This document shows positions 50,917 to 63,342 of a DNA stretch of 64,000 nt, in pieces (positions within the stretch are counted from its first letter, which is position 1; the number at the start of each line of letters is the position of its first letter). The DNA lies in assembly GCA_050575255.1 (NCBI GenBank), contig JBNZDD010013535.1, positions 338,221 to 402,220 on the forward strand, read 5' to 3'. The position numbers were made by a program, and so were the translations under genes. Source of the stretch: Harriotta raleighana (taxonomy: Eukaryota). Below the pieces are notes generated by a model. The model was not told the origin of the DNA. It made no database searches and worked only from the letters and a program-made list of their open reading frames with translations.

Positions 50917-51757
50917 TAATAATAATAATAATAATACTAATCCTTACATTTAACATAGGGGCTTATCACATTGTTGAGATGTCTCAAAGCTCTTCAGGGG
51001 ATTTACTGTAAAGTGGGCGGAGAGTGCCAGCTAATTGCGCACAGCAATGTCCCACAGACAGCAGTGTCCCACAGACAGCAGTGTCCCACAGACAGCAGTG
51101 TCCCACAGACAGCAGTGTCCCACAGACAGCAATGCCCCACAGACAGCAGTGTCCCACAGACAGCAGTGTCCCACAGACAGCAATGTCCCACAGACAGCAG
51201 TGTCCCACAGACAGCAGTGTCCCACAGACAGCAGTGTCCCACAGACAGCAGTGTCCCACAGACAGCAGTGTCCCACAGACAGCAGTGTCCCACAGACAGC
51301 AATGCCCCACAGACAGCAGTGTCCCACAGACAGCAGTGTCCCACAGACAGCAGTGCCCCACAGACAGCAGTGTCCCACAGACAGCAGTGTCCCACAGACA
51401 GCAGTGTCCCACAGACAGCAGTGTCCCACAGACAGCAGTGTCCCACAGACAGCAGTGTCCCACAGACAGCAGTGTCCCACAGACAGCAGTGTCCCACAGA
51501 CAGCAGTGTCCCACAGACAGCAGTGTCCCACAGACAGCAATGTCCCACAGACAGCAAAGGAGTGAATAACCAGATATTACAAAAAATTATTTTCTTTTTC
51601 GAATAGTGCCAAGGGATGTTTAACATCCACCTGAACANGGAGTGAATAACCAGATATTACAAAAAAATATTTTCTTTTTCGAATAGTGCCAAGGGATGTT
51701 TAACATCCACCTGAACAGGCAGACTGACCCCTGGTTTACTATCTCATCTGATGGACT
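50917..51757 (-). mobile_element. Deu-domain SINE containing an expanded minisatellite
   Basis: Tail at 50917-50950; core ..aattgcgcacagcaatgtcccacagacagc; Deu-like gaatagtgccaagggatgtttaacatccacctgaacaggcagac..tctcatctga. Confidence 0.7.
51044..51553. repeat. minisatellite, 30 x 17 bp (GCAGTGTCCCACAGACA)
   Basis: 510 bp = exactly 30 units; variant units at positions 1, 6, 9, 16, 19 and 30. Confidence 0.97.
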
Positions 51758-51869
51758 GTAATAATAATAATAATAATAATAATCCTTGCATTTGATTTAG
51801 TAGATGATCACATCTCAAAGTGCTTNAGGCAGACTGGCCCCTGGTTTACTATCTCATCTGATGGACTGT

Positions 51870-52180
51870 AATAATAATAATAATAATAATAATCCTTGCA
51901 TTTGATTTAGTAGATGATCACATCTCAAAGTGCTTCACAGTAAAAGTGTGAAGTGAATTGACTGTATGTTTTGTGGGTGAATCAGAGCAGGCAGTTGTGC
52001 CCCCCTCAAACAATGGTGGATTGAATGACTGAATTATTAATATTATTCAGGAGTTATATCCATGGAAAAGCGATCCCCCAATTATTGCTAAATTTCCCCA
52101 ATGTTTCACCCTGCCCAGGAATCCAACCCAGGTCCCCTGACTTGGGAACAAGCGCTCTAAACACTAAGCTACAGGCCTCC
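51870..52180 (-). mobile_element. tRNA-derived SINE
   Basis: (aat)n ccttgcatttg tail; head ggcctgtagcttagtgtttagagcgc on the minus strand. Confidence 0.75.
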
Positions 52181-53185
52181 AGGTAATAGGTTAATGCGGG
52201 TATGTTACTAATGGGTTAGTGCTGTACTGTATAATAATAATCTTTTTCTCTACAGCGCCTTATCATGTCATGAGGACGTCGTAAAGTGCTTTACACAACA
52301 TACGATAAAATCAATCAATCCAAATGACATTTATATAGCGCCTTTCACGTCGGGGGGTCGCCCCAAGGCGCTGTACAGTCAAGTAGGGATCAGAGCAGAG
52401 GGTGAGGGGTCAGGGGAGGGAAAGTAGGAAAAATGGGCTGTATATTTGTGGGCAAAAACGCGGCAGACAAATTGCGCACAGCCGTGTCCCACAATCAGTC
52501 ATGGAAGTGGGTTCAGGGGAGAAAGGGGGGAAAGATGGCAAGGGGAGGGGTCGGGGTAGGGGGAAGGAGAGCAGGAAAAATCGACCGTATATTTGTGGGT
52601 GAAAATGGATTGATTGTGTATTTTGTGGGAGAAGTACAGCACAGCAACCAGTTGTGCACAGCAACATCCCACAAACAGCCATGAAACGAGTGACCAATTT
52701 TATTTGGGGGACGTTTGGTTGGGACAGAAGGAGGGAGAAACTCACTTCTCTTTTCGAATAGAGACGTGGGTTTTTTAACATCCACCTGAACAGGTAGATA
52801 AGATCTTGATTTGACGCCTCAACAACAACAACAACAACAACTTGCATTATATAGCGCCCTCCATACAGACGAGGAAGATGAGAGGGACAAGGATGGAGCT
52901 GTGGGCTATCCCGCGGGTAACCGAGTGGGGATAGGAGGAGAAACCATTTGCTGAGATGAAATGGAGGCTTGCTTGATGAAATGGAGGCTTGCTTGATGAA
53001 ACTTGATGAAACTTGCTTCAGAAAAAGCGGGTGTTTGATTGTGAGGTGCAGGCCCGAGCCCTCCCTCCCTCCTTATAGACTCATTGTTAGACCCTGGACT
53101 TTGCAAATGGATTGAAGTACCCTCTCCACTACCTTCCCTGCAGCTCAGATCTGTAAAGGAGTAAGTAATAGATGAACATGGTATA

Positions 53186-53455
53186 CAACAACAACAACAG
53201 AATTATATTTGTAGAGCGCCTTTCACGTCTGAAGGACGTCCCCAGGTGCTGAACAATCAGGTCGGGACCCGAGCAGTGGGGGGAGGGATGGAGTAGGGGG
53301 AAGGAGAGTAGGAGAGGGGGAAGCTTTTGGAGGGAAGCCGAAGGCACGATCGAAGAGGAAGATCTTGAGACCGGCCTTGAAGGCAGAAAGGGAGGAAGTG
53401 AGGCGAAGGGATTGTGGGATGGAGTCCATAGTGTGGGGGCAGAGAGGCTGAAAGC
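53186..53455 (-). mobile_element. L2 3'-end fragment
   Basis: Closely similar to 13275-13540. Confidence 0.8.
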
Positions 53456-53734
53456 AATTGGTATAAAGAAGGCTGATCTTTCGTGACAGCAGTGAAGCAA
53501 ACACAATCTACCGGAGTATTTTATTTGGGCTTTGCTGTTTATTGGTTAGAGAGCCTTATCTGATGAAGTGGTAATTGCAGCTTCGCCGCAGGTTTAATGG
53601 AAAACTGCTCCTGTCAGTGTTTGAGATGCTGTGTGCACAACAATGAGTGTGCAGGATTGACTTACGGCTGCTGGTCTGTGTTGGTGTTCGTGCTCACACT
53701 GTAGGCCAACAGGGGAAAGAGCAACTCAATTCTG

Positions 53735-54600
53735 TACTGCACTGCATCACTCCAGATCTTACCTCTCACACCGTCTCCACTTCATCTACACAAATGGCTT
53801 CTCCTCTCACCCCCGCACTGTCTCGTGCGGTGTTCCTCAGGGCTCCATCCTTGGTCCCCTCCTCTTCAACGTGTACATGCTCGCTCTTGGTGACATCCTC
53901 TACAGATATGGGGTTAACTTCCACACGTATGCGGATGACTCCCAACTCTGTCTCTCTGACTCCACCTTCGACTCTAGGACCACTGTGGTCCTGACAGACT
54001 GTCTGTCAGACATCAAGTCCTGGATGAGAATTTTCTACGGTTCAACATCAAGAAGACTTGATGGCCCTCCTGATTGGCTTCACACCTCAGGCAATGTCAT
54101 CAGCATTATCCATGGATGCACACCCCACCTCACTAAGCCAGTCCCAAACCATGGCATCAACTGTCCTTTCTATTCCACATCTGTGCCCTGACCCGCTCGG
54201 CCGTCTCCCACATCCGTCACTGCCAGTCTACATCACTGCTTCACCCCTTAGGTCCGCAGAAACCCTCATTCATGCATTTGTGGAGCTCCTGTGGCTCAGT
54301 GGTTAGAGCACTCGCCTTACAAGCCTTACATGCTTGTGTTCGATTCCAGGCAGATCAGGGCGAAACTTTGGGCAAGTTTCCTTACTCCACACGCCACCAA
54401 TAATAATCCCCCCCAAAAAACTACAATAATAAAATTGGTCATTTCAATCCATGACTGTGTGTGGGGGGGACGGACGCTGCTGTGCGCAATTGGCTGCCGC
54501 GTTCCGCCCACAAATATACAGCTAATTCACTTTACAGTATATTCTGTGAAGCGCTTTGGGACGTCGATAAGATGTGAAAAGCGCTATATCAAATGCAAGG

Positions 54601-54631
<31 letters not shown>

Positions 54632-54720
54632 CTCACTTCTAGACTCGATTACACCAACTCCCTGCTTGCTGGCTTTCCCAACTCTTTCCTCCAAAAACCG
54701 CAGATCACCCAGAACTCTGC
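53735..54720 (+). mobile_element. L2 LINE fragment interrupted by a SINE
   Basis: VPQGSILGPLLFNVYMLALGD..FHTYADDSQLCL; ETLIHAFV|[SINE]|TSRLDYTNSLLAG. Confidence 0.85.
54282..54629 (+). mobile_element. full-length tRNA-derived SINE with Deu-SINE-like core and (ATT)n tail
   Basis: A box TGGCTCAGTGG (54292-54302), B box GTTCGATTCC (54338-54347), core tgctgtgcgcaattggctgccgcg, tail gcgctatatcaaatgcaagg(att)n. Confidence 0.9.
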
Positions 54721-56518
54721 AAAATCCACCTGGTAGCCTGGGCTGATTCTCCTGTGCAGTTAAAAAATAATAACGACAAGGAGAACATTTCACAAGTTTC
54801 ACTGTAACTGTGCATTTTGTAGGAAAACACAGCATCCAGTTTGCACACAACAATGTCCCACAGATAGCTGAGAAGTGAGTGACCAATTTTATCTGAGGGT
54901 GGATTGGGCAGAACGCTAGAGAATCTCCCATCTCTTTTCAAACAGTGGGATCTTTGATGTACATCTGAACAGGCGGACCATCTGTTCACCGTTTACCATC
55001 TGATCCGAAAGCCGGAACCTCCAACACTGCAATGGGTGTCAACTCACGTCACTAGCGCGAGTTCAAAGTCATGCCTTGAGCTGACAACCTTACGATATGA
55101 CTCCTGAGATGAGAATGCTCCCAACTGAGCCAAGCTGACATCTGCTGGGGGAACCTCGCATTGTCAGAAACGTTGTCCTTCTGATGAAATTTACAAACCA
55201 AAGCGCTATTGAAGTTCCTGTCTTTGGTGGCACTTTCAGCCACTGCGCCCCCAAACTCTCCCTGGATCCCTCCGCCTTGTCCCCCTTTCTCCCTTTTCAT
55301 CTTCGGCTGGGCTTACAGGAGGTGAAACTTTGGGCACATTCCCTGACTCCACACACCCGGTGATATTCACTTGAAAATATCGATAGTAAATTGGTCAGTT
55401 CAATCCATGTCTGTCTGTGGGACGCTGCTGAGCACAAGTGCACAGTTTCACCCACAAATATAGTCAATTCACTTTATCCTGTGAAGCGCATTGAGAGGCC
55501 TAGAAGATATGAAAAGCGTTATATCAAATGCAACGATTATTAATCATATATATTGTAACAACAAAATGAGGATGTAAGAGCAGCGTACGATGTGCAAACT
55601 CAACAAACAATTTAAAGTCAGAAAGGCTCCAGTGTTTCACGTAAATAATAATATTAATAATTGCATTTCCGAGAGTAATAATTCCTTGCAAAAAATAAAT
55701 ATAAATTGCTCACTTCAATCCACAGCTATTGGTGTGACACCTGCTGAGTGCGATTGGCTGCTGTGTTTGATCCACAAAACATACCGTCAAATTCACTTTA
55801 CAGCAAACAAAAACACAAGTTGCTGGGGGAACTCAGCAGGTCAGGCAGCATCCATGGAGAAAGGAAAGCGAGTCAACGTTTCGGGTCCACGACCCTTCGT
55901 CAGCGACTTCTGTTTTTGTTTCAGATTCCCAGAATCTGTAGAATTTAGTGTTCTGTTCACTTTACAGTATATTCTGTAAAACACTTTGAGCCGTCTCTTA
56001 AGATGGGATAAAACCCGTATCAAATGCAAGGATTGTTATTATTGTATCTTGTGACTTTTGTTGGAGAGAAAATTGGGTTGGGACAACCTGCTGCGGTGTG
56101 CGTGTGTGTGAGAGAGAGAGTGAGTGAGTGAGTCCCCGCAAACTCTGTCCAGCAGTCATGACACTGGCTTCAGCGCTGTGATCTCTGGGAGGATCACAGC
56201 CAGCAAACCTTGTGACCCATCCAGTGTGTGATGAATGTTTTTATATCATGTCCAGCGCACGCTCCACGGTGTGATACGGGTTTTATCCCATCTTCGAGAC
56301 AGCTCAAAGCGCTTTACAGAATATACTGTAACGTGAATTTGATGGTATATTTTGTGGACCATAAGACGGCAGCCAACTGCACACAGCAGTGTCCCCCCAA
56401 ACAGTTGTGGATTGAGGTGAGAAATTTATTATTATATCAATGCAAGTTGTTGTTGTTGTTGTCCCCCTTTCACCGGTATTTAGGATTACTGGGTACCACT
56501 CAGGGTCGATACCATGAC

Positions 56519-56549
<31 letters not shown>

Positions 56550-58048
56550 GAATGCTGGATGGATTTGTACCTCTGCCACCCCTTTGCAAGCCGCCCTGAA
56601 ACCATCACGTCAGAATACAATGCAATCCTCAAACTCATATCTGTTATTGGAGAAGTTTGGCCAGCTTTTATTTCCAGGATGAGACATACAGTATGTTTCT
56701 TTAATATGCCTTTAACTTGGCAACTTGCAAAATAGCTTGGCTGTGTCCTAGCATTAGATGGAAACTACCAGCGGGGAGTAAAGCTTTGACTCAGACTGAA
56801 GTGACAGAAGTGGAAGCCGCAGCGCAGGGAAACTGTTTCGCGATTCCACCTCTAACAGTTGTGTTGTAGGAGGCAGTGACTGGGTAGCAGCTGTGTAGCA
56901 GCTTCACTCAGTGACGTAGTTCCACAGACACCCTCAGAATTCACCAGTTCACAAGCAGAATGTTGATTCTCTCTCCCGGGGTGAAACGATTGAGAGGGAA
57001 TCTGACAGAGGTGTTTCAGATCATGAAAGGATTGGATAAATTGAACATTTTGTTCAGTCCAAAATGGTGGGATGCAAATTCAGTGTAAGGTAGCTCGTAC
57101 CAAATCCAAAAGGAAATTTTGGAAGAACTCACTACTGAACGTTGTGATTAAAGCAAAACAAATCAATGTATTCAATAAGAAATTTGCTGCATATACAGTA
57201 TTAGGGGAAGGGAATAGAGAGGGTTATGAGAGGAATAGGAGTTCTGGAGGCTTGTGTGATGTATAAACACCAGTCTTGGATAAGATTGGCAAAATGACAT
57301 ATTTGTGTTTTGTATTATTCTGTGTCATTATAAACAATAATGGATTCAAGAGATGAGTTCTGGAATCCAATCAAAGAGTTTGGGTGATTTACACATCTAG
57401 TAAAACTGATCCACAGGAATGGATGACAGGCCAGGATCAAATTCAGGGGAGGGAGAAAGATTTACATATATGTGTATATATATATATATATCCCCTATCT
57501 CTATAATTTCCTCTCTCCTCACAGCAAGACCTGCTCCCTCTGCTCTCCTGGGTCTGGCCTCCTCCTTGACCCCGAATCGTCCGCTCCACCATCGGTGGCT
57601 GTGCTTTCAACCTCTACGCCCAGGAACTTTGGAGCTCCCGCCCTCAATCCCTTTGTCTCTCCCCCTCCTTTCCCATCTTCAGGTCAGGTCTTCGACTGTG
57701 CTTTTGTGTCACCTTCCCCCTCCCACAAGCTCGGCCTCGGGCTCCGCCATTGTGAAGTGCTTTGAAATGCTGCCCGGCGTGGGGGGGCTCTATATAAAAG
57801 CAAATTGTTGTTGTTGTTATTAGGCGATGCAACACACGTAATGCAACACACCTAACAGGGAGACAACGGACATTTAGATGAGTGGGTTTTATACAATGCA
57901 GGTTTACATTCCAAGCCCATGAGATTGAATTCCACTCCCATCACAGTAATATTTATTTCCTTGCAGAAATCTCCAGAGGTGAGAGGCACGTTGGTGCTCC
58001 TTGTAATGCTTTTATCTCCTGTGTTTCTCCCTCTCGTCTTTCCTGATC

Positions 58049-58208
58049 TCAGATTGGAAACGGTGTGGAACAGGGTGTGATGATCAAGTTGACTTTGTCA
58101 GTGGTTTTGCAGGTTGATGTGAATTTGCTGTAGTCTTGATAGATGTCTTCATGGTTCTCTCCATGCACACAGGCTTCCAGAGACAGAAAACTTGTAGTAC
58201 GAGGCAAC
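58049..58208 (-). CDS. TEX52: putative TEX52 terminal exon
   Basis: gttacag|(W)LPRTTSFLSLEACVHGENHEDIYQDYSKFTSTCKTTDKVNLIITPCSTPFPI-TGA; phase-compatible; AATAAA (minus strand) at 57952-57957. Confidence 0.55.
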
Positions 58209-58852
58209 CTGTAACATACAGCAGTAATTACAACACCAATAATAACATGGTAACTGATTCTGACCTGTACATAGGCTAACGCTTTTGGTCATAATATCGT
58301 TTAATTCTGTACCACAGATGGGGTGAATGTTTGTGGTAATTTACTGTTATTCAATGCTGTACAACAGGATAGTATTAATAGATTCTGTTCTGTACTGTAC
58401 TTTGTTATTGGATTTTATAATCAGTTTCTTTTCTGATATAAGATAGTATTATTGGTCAAAATAGACTCTTATGTGTACAGCACACACGGCTGTGTTGATG
58501 GCGGTAATAGATTTACTGTCTCCTGAAGACGACCAATTATAATAATAATCCTTGCCTTTGCTTCAGTGCTTTTTCACATTTTCTAAATGTCTCAAAGTGC
58601 TTCACAGAATATATGTAAAGTGAATTGACTGTATATATGTGTGGGTGAAAGATGGCAGCCAAATTGCACACAGCAGCGTCCCACAAACAGGAATATAGTG
58701 TAAAGTGTAATATACTTCATCTGCAATGAATGGTTATGTATTCATATTTTTGTGCAGGATCGTGTTTTTGGGTAAATGGGTTGCGTACAGTACAAAATAT
58801 CATTGTCATTGTCTCAAAGTGCTTCATAGGATTAGAATATTTTTAGGGTTAC

Positions 58853-59395
58853 CACTGGATGGGTTTGAAGTGCCTCTTTGTGGATATCTTTCGACTCGTA
58901 CTGTGCATTGACAGCCTCTTGATCTGAAGGAGCTCATTGGCTGATTGGGTGATGGCTTGCTCCTTGTCCTTACTGTCAAGGTAAAAGTTTCCGCTGGACA
59001 CAAAGTTGGTGAGTGTGTGTTCCTTCATATTAGAAGGAGGTGGGATAGCAATGGGGAAAAGCTTGCCCATCAGATTGTCACTGTCCTTCTGAGAGAATTT
59101 GGGATTATGGGCCACATAACATCTCCAGACTTTATTGTCAAAAGGTTTGTCAGGCCTTTGGGGAAGGATGAATGGAAGCTTGCCTATTTCTAGCCAAGCC
59201 TGGTATCTCGGATTAGGCCGCATGTGCACCCTGTTGAGTTTCAAACGATATTGCAGTTCATCCACCACATCCATGTGGAAGGGCTTCTGTGCCTCGGGCT
59301 TTGGGCTCGGCCTGGGGTGGAAGGCTGTCATTCTTGGTATTTTGTCCCGCAGCACTGTGCCTGTGCCAGCTGGAATGTCTAACCGCCATGCTTCC
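58853..59395 (-). CDS. TEX52: TEX52 (testis-expressed 52)-like main coding exon
   Basis: [41 protein letters not shown] and KEQAITQSANELLQIKRL match recalled human TEX52 [41 protein letters not shown] and KKQVIFRTVKELKEVEKL; syntenic position; donor TG|gtaacc. 5' boundary uncertain (59395 or 59426). Confidence 0.82.
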
Positions 59396-60193
59396 CTGCG
59401 CCAATCACAAACAGTGTCAGGTATACCTAAATAATAATAATACTAATAATAATAATACAATGATTATAATAATCCTTGCCCTTGTTACAGCTAATTTGGG
59501 GTTTACATGCATTCTAGGGACCATGGATTTGAGTGAAGAAATAAACCAGGGCTAAAATTCACCTTGTCTTAATCTTTTATATTATGGTTTCCTCTTTCTT
59601 GGTTGTGACTATTAAATTTGATCTTAATTTGGAAGACAGCATTCTGTGTTTATTTAAAAAAAAATCAGAATCAATTTAATAGTCTTGTGCAAGCCAAAGG
59701 CTTCACTGATAGGGTGGTCCCAGCTAGACAAACGGCGGGAAGGTGGTGGAGATTACTTTCAATGGCAAATTGTGTTGGTTATACTGGTTAATTTCCATCA
59801 GGAAAGCTTTCCTGTAACCTTCCTCTGCTAGGCATGTCCAATTCTCCAAAGATGAAGAGCAATTCTGAGGAAGGATATAATAGACTATGGGTAAAGAGAA
59901 AGGATTGGGATTAGGATGGACCACTTGTTGGAGAATCAAACATCAACACAATACAATGGGTAGAATGGCCTCCATGACATTTCTGTGATGTTATCGACAG
60001 TAATTGTCTGTGAAGTGCTTTGAGGTGTTTCAACACAAAATATACAGTCAATTTGTTTTACAATCATGCCTTGAACTGCTTGGAGATGTTTCAATGATGT
60101 GAAAAGGCGCAATATCAAATGCAAGGATTATTATTATAGCATGATAGGCGAGATATTAAATGCAATGATTTTATTTGTTTATTTAAAACTCAC

Positions 60194-60234
60194 CTATCCT
60201 TCAGGGAATTGCTGGAGAGCTTGCCAACTGCCAT
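60194..60234 (-). CDS. TEX52: putative TEX52 first exon (MAVGKLSSNSLKD..)
   Basis: ATG followed by a strong donor AG|gtgagt; in frame with the main exon only if the acceptor at 59395 is used, otherwise it is a 5' UTR exon. Confidence 0.4.
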
Positions 60235-60525
60235 CTAACATGCGGGCACCTCGTTGAGTGCCAAGCTCCAGCACCAGGCAACAGCAGACAGCTCGCCCTG
60301 TCTGTCTCTGCCCAGGACCTCCGTCGACAATTCACTTGAGCTCCCAGTGAGATCATTTCATTGTGAAAGCAGTGAGGAGAGGGCTGTCCCAGGACACAGG
60401 TTGTAAATTTGAAGGAAAACCTTTATACAAGGAGTGGTTCAGTCACTACAGTCCCGGGGCAGGATGACCTCATCGCCTCACACAATGTGACTTCTTGCTC
60501 TCTTGTCTGTCATCAGGCCCCCCCT

Positions 60526-60539
60526 GTCTCCTTGGTGAC
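60526..60539. promoter_or_regulatory. RFX X-box-like motif upstream of TEX52
   Basis: GTCTCCTTGGTGAC resembles the X-box palindrome GTTGCCATGGCAAC; about 300 bp upstream of the putative TEX52 exon 1. Confidence 0.35.
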
Positions 60540-61570
60540 CTGTGCAAGTTGGGCCAGTGCTGCCTGGTGAGCTGAGGCTATGTGTTGTGTGTGTGTTGCT
60601 TACTCTGCAGGGGGCAGGATTGTTGCTATGTTGTCACACAGAATTGCCTGGTTGAGGTGAATAGGCTGGGAATGCTGCCAAAACCCCAGGGTTTGTGGTG
60701 TGAGCTAGTGAGGGGTTGATGTGGTTAGTGTTTGGGGTCCGGGAGCTAGATGGTCGGAGCTAGATGGTCTGTTATATTTGTTAAGATTAAGGTATCGATC
60801 GGTTTGTCTTTCTTAAGGGGTAAAAAGTTGGTGAAGTTCTTTTTGTTTCTGGGTCTTATGTTTCTGGGTCTTATGTTTCTGGGTCTTGGGTTTAAATTCT
60901 GGGAGTCAATGCGTTTTAATTTTCCAAAATGTTAAAGTGCAAAGAATGGTAAAAAAATAAAAAATCTATCTAATCTTGGACAGTGACGCTCAATAAGCCA
61001 GTTGTTGCTTCGTCTACTTGGGGCAGGATAGTTCCATGTCACACAGAATAGCACAAAGGAATTAGGAGCAGGAGTAGGCCATTCAGCCCCTCGAGCCTGC
61101 CCCGGGACCAATCAGGTGATCAGGCTGGCAACCCTGCCATGGTGGGTGTGCAGTTTCCCAAGGTGTGACAACCCCCCCCCACCCTCCCTGACTCCCCTGG
61201 AGCTCTGATATCCCAGATGTGTTTTCCCTGAAATCTTTTGCTTGAAGGGCTGTTGATTTTGATGCTGTTCTGGTTATTTACCAATGACGCTCTGATTAAC
61301 TGTGGGATTTGAGGCTGGCTCGGGGGGGGGCTTTGAAGGAATCTCGCAAGTCACACAAGCTTTGTGGAGCTCTGAATGAGTATCATAGTGCATTTCAAGA
61401 TGACCCTCCCTTGTAAGGGCTTTGGTTTTCAGGGTTAATGTGAGGCAAGTTGGTGGAATCCCAGTTCTCAGGGATGTCCTGGACGCTAGCCTCCTGGCCC
61501 CCCATTGACGGCCAGTACTATTTCATACGGGGTGATCAGAAACACAATGCATTGGGTAAAATAAGTTGCC

Positions 61571-61576
61571 TTTATT
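61571..61576 (-). terminator. candidate FOXM1 polyadenylation signal (3' UTR about 1.8 kb)
   Basis: AATAAA on the minus strand at the end of a transposon-poor stretch below the stop; a proximal one lies at 63214-63219. Confidence 0.5.
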
Positions 61577-63342
61577 GATCTACAGTCAGCATACAGCAGC
61601 AATTGGGCAGTACAGTTGGCAATGCTCTCCTGGAGCACAGCATGTGGCATGTTTCAGACAGACCATTGTACTAAGGTGCATTAAAACAAAACTCTGAAGT
61701 GTGTGCATTAGTGTCCTGCTGGGACTATTGGTGCAGGCTGCCAACTCTCCACCCACAATCTTTGCTTGCTGTCCCTGTGGCTGGGTCAATATTGATGAGG
61801 ATGAGGCCTGAGCTGGTTTGAGGGAGGGGGCTGGGGGAGGGGTAAGCGAAAAGATATATCGGTACTTTGAGCACTTTCAACATCCTGGAGTAAGAAAATG
61901 AAACGCACAGATACAAGTAGATGTGTCGTCAGTGATACTTTGTCAACGAGCTGGTTCACCGCTGTTATCATTGGCATCGACAGACTGCAGACATGGCTGG
62001 GAGGAGAGACTGCTTACATACATGCATGGCTGCAGAGGCCACGGAGAGAGGAATAACATGACCAAATGCAGTTTCATAGCCAAGGCCAATATTTAATATT
62101 TTGCAATAGTCTGAGAACAGGAGGACTGCCCAGCAATTGTCGGCAGTCTCGGAAGGAAGCCTTCTTGGGGAAAAGCAGATACTGTCATTGAAAAGGATAA
62201 TGGTGTCCTTTGAGAACACAGAGACTACAGATGAAGTGTACATATACACACCAAATATTGCCCACACAGGTTTTGAACCCTGCACCTGCTCGATCTGGAT
62301 ACAGCGATAGTTGACTTGAGCCCAAGTCTCAGCACTGCATACAGGGTGTGGGGGGGGTGGGGGAAGGAGGGATGGAGGTGGATTACACCTGCATTTGTGA
62401 CTCTGCAGTGCAGTTATTGCCATAGTCAAACAAAATGGTTAAGAGGACAGATTGCCAGATTCCATCTGTCCCAGAGCACAGGACTCTACTGTGGTTCATC
62501 TTTCATAACTCCCTTTTGCAAGGGACAGTGCACACAGGCAGGTGAGGACCGGGTGAAAATCTTCCCCAGTACATCCCCTGATCCTTCTGCTTCCTCTTCA
62601 AACACCGCCATTAATTGGCGAAGGTTTTTGGTGTGTGTGTGTGTGTGTGTGTGTGGCTGGTGGTCAACCACCATGCATTAAAAGACAGATCTGCAGCTTG
62701 GGTTGGTCTGTGTAATGGCCATGGTGGCGGAGGCGATTAATACGGTGCTGATAATGAGAGCAAAACTTCCACAGGGAATCAGGGATACTCTGAGAAAGCA
62801 AAGACACGGGATACTAACAGGCGCACAAATAATACACTCGGAACATTTGCTAAACACACGCATGACACACGGATACAGATAAAATGTACACATACACACA
62901 CACACCACATAAAAGCACATGTGCACATGTCTAGGAAGTGAATTTCCATCTGGTATAAACAAACAACAGTGAGTCCCCCAGTTCCTTNACACCACATAAA
63001 AGCACATGTGCACATGTCTAGGAAGTGGTGAATTTCCATCTGGTATAAACAAACAACAGTGAGTCCCCCAGTTCCTTGTCACACCATTCAATGCCGAGCA
63101 CAGAGCACAGAACGCTACAAAACAGATGTCTGGTCTGGTCTGGTCTGACACAAAATAATCATCTGCATTGAACGAGCTCCCATTCCTTCACCTCTTTTAC
63201 ACTTTTAATGACATTTATTTTCAGACAAAATCTGCAAGTTTCTGCCATCCCTCCCTTAATGATTTTTTTTTTTAAAAAAGAGAGACAATGTATGTAGTAG
63301 TAAATTCTTAAGGATTCAGTCTGCACGAGGGTCCTGGAGCAT

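Noticed and set aside
50971-51626. Six overlapping 169-211 aa ORFs rich in Cys/Gln repeats; CRISPR-like appearance
   Set aside because: All arise from a stop-free 17-bp tandem repeat. There are no unique spacers or cas genes, the context is vertebrate, and the unit derives from a SINE.
54282-54355. tRNA gene
   Set aside because: A and B boxes are present, but the head continues into the SINE body and (ATT)n tail and has a duplicated anticodon region.
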